A DNA stretch of 64,000 nt from Octopus bimaculoides. Lineage: Eukaryota. The notes below the pieces were generated by a model. The model had not been told where the DNA came from. It saw only the letters and a program-made list of their open reading frames with translations, and did no database searches. Each line of letters begins with the position of its first letter. Positions within the stretch are counted from its first letter, which is position 1. The stretch is from NCBI RefSeq assembly GCF_001194135.2, contig NC_068995.1, positions 31,120,070 to 31,184,069 on the forward strand, given 5' to 3'. The position numbers were made by a program, and so were the translations under genes. Of this stretch, positions 63,130-64,000 are shown in pieces.

Positions 63130-63968
63130 CTAGCCGGTGTACCCGATAATTCCCGGAGGTAAAGATGTTCTATTGAAATGCCTTATTATTCTGATATAAG
63201 AAAGCAATTTCATTATAACTGCCACAAAAGGTGTATTTTCCATCACAAAAAAGTACAAAAAACTGTCAGCTGGAGGAAGGAGAGATTGTCGGAGGTTGGT
63301 GAGAGAGGTTGTCGGAGGTTGGCGAGAGGCAAAGACATTATTCTGCTTAGCGAAGGCATCTGGGAAATGGATAACTGCTGCCATTCACAGAAAACCTATT
63401 GCTTTACCATGAGAAAAGTGCGCTTGAAGTGTTAATTGAAATTTGGCAATCGAGGATCGAGTCCACACTATGCCTGCATGAACCCACTACAAATACGTTG
63501 TGGAATAAAAAAAATTTATCTACTGTCATGGAGAAAGTGTAACTGTAAAAATGCAGAATTATCGGAGTAATGGACATTCAAAAAAGTATGTATGTATAGA
63601 AATGTATGAATGAAGTCTTTAAGGTTTAAGATTCAAATTAAGGAAGTGCAATAATAATGTTTAGCAGTTCAAAACTGCAAGTAGTGAAATGCAGAATTAG
63701 GTCAGCTGATCGTGAGAATCAAATATTGATCGCTTCGCAAAAATGTGCGGGTGGTAGGGGTTATTTCCCATGGGTGTTTTTAAAAAATTAGCTATATGAG
63801 GTTGATATAAAGGTCCCTTCCAGGGGCAGTATTATCAATTTTTTCAACAATCTAAGTTTCCAGACATGAGTTCTACTCACGTGTCAAGTTTCATCAAAAT
63901 CAATAAAACGATGTAGGAGGAGTTACCTAATAACGCCACAAACAAACAGGTTTTCCACATATGTAGTA
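63130..63968 (-). mobile_element. Non-autonomous Helitron-like element
   Basis: Minus-strand 3' end ccgg..ccggCTAG|t with hairpin; minus-strand 5' end tatatactacatat followed by (GTTT)n, an architecture resembling Lep1-type Helitrons. Confidence 0.55.
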
Positions 63969-64000
63969 TATATACATATGCATGCATATATATATATATA

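Overview
AT-rich, repeat-dense eukaryotic DNA from a gapped draft assembly (N runs at about 251-844, 9782-9943, 27590-28052, 46830-47015, 57991-58077, 60308-60548, 61517-61673, 62709-63068). The SINE families look like those I recognise from octopus, so the likely source is an octopod cephalopod (inference; no database search was run). There is no complete, recognisable host protein-coding gene: nearly all ORF-track entries are microsatellite, SINE or transposon translations. The window holds three abundant SINE-like families, decayed LINE pieces (RTE, R4/Dong-like, Tx1-like, CR1-like, CRE-like), DNA-transposon remnants (mariner, maT/DD37D, pogo, Chapaev3-like, and hAT, piggyBac and Tigger MITEs), Helitron-like and Penelope-like ends, and many microsatellites. 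It has a three-part architecture: CpG-poor, SINE-rich flanks (1-44.1 kb and 52.5-61 kb) around a CpG-rich core (44.1-52.5 kb) that lacks the three main SINE families and is bounded by outward-facing splice-donor motifs. Most notable: (i) two convergent CRE-like fragments around an outward-facing telomeric-repeat hairpin next to a Helitron-like 3' end (45.6-47.3 kb); (ii) a ~750-bp near-perfect foldback (3753-4502); (iii) head-to-tail SINE arrays joined by (ATT)n, with an R4/Dong-like LINE in such a tract; (iv) a minimal Penelope-type hammerhead motif (61361-61398). Boundaries of decayed repeats are approximate and were read by eye.
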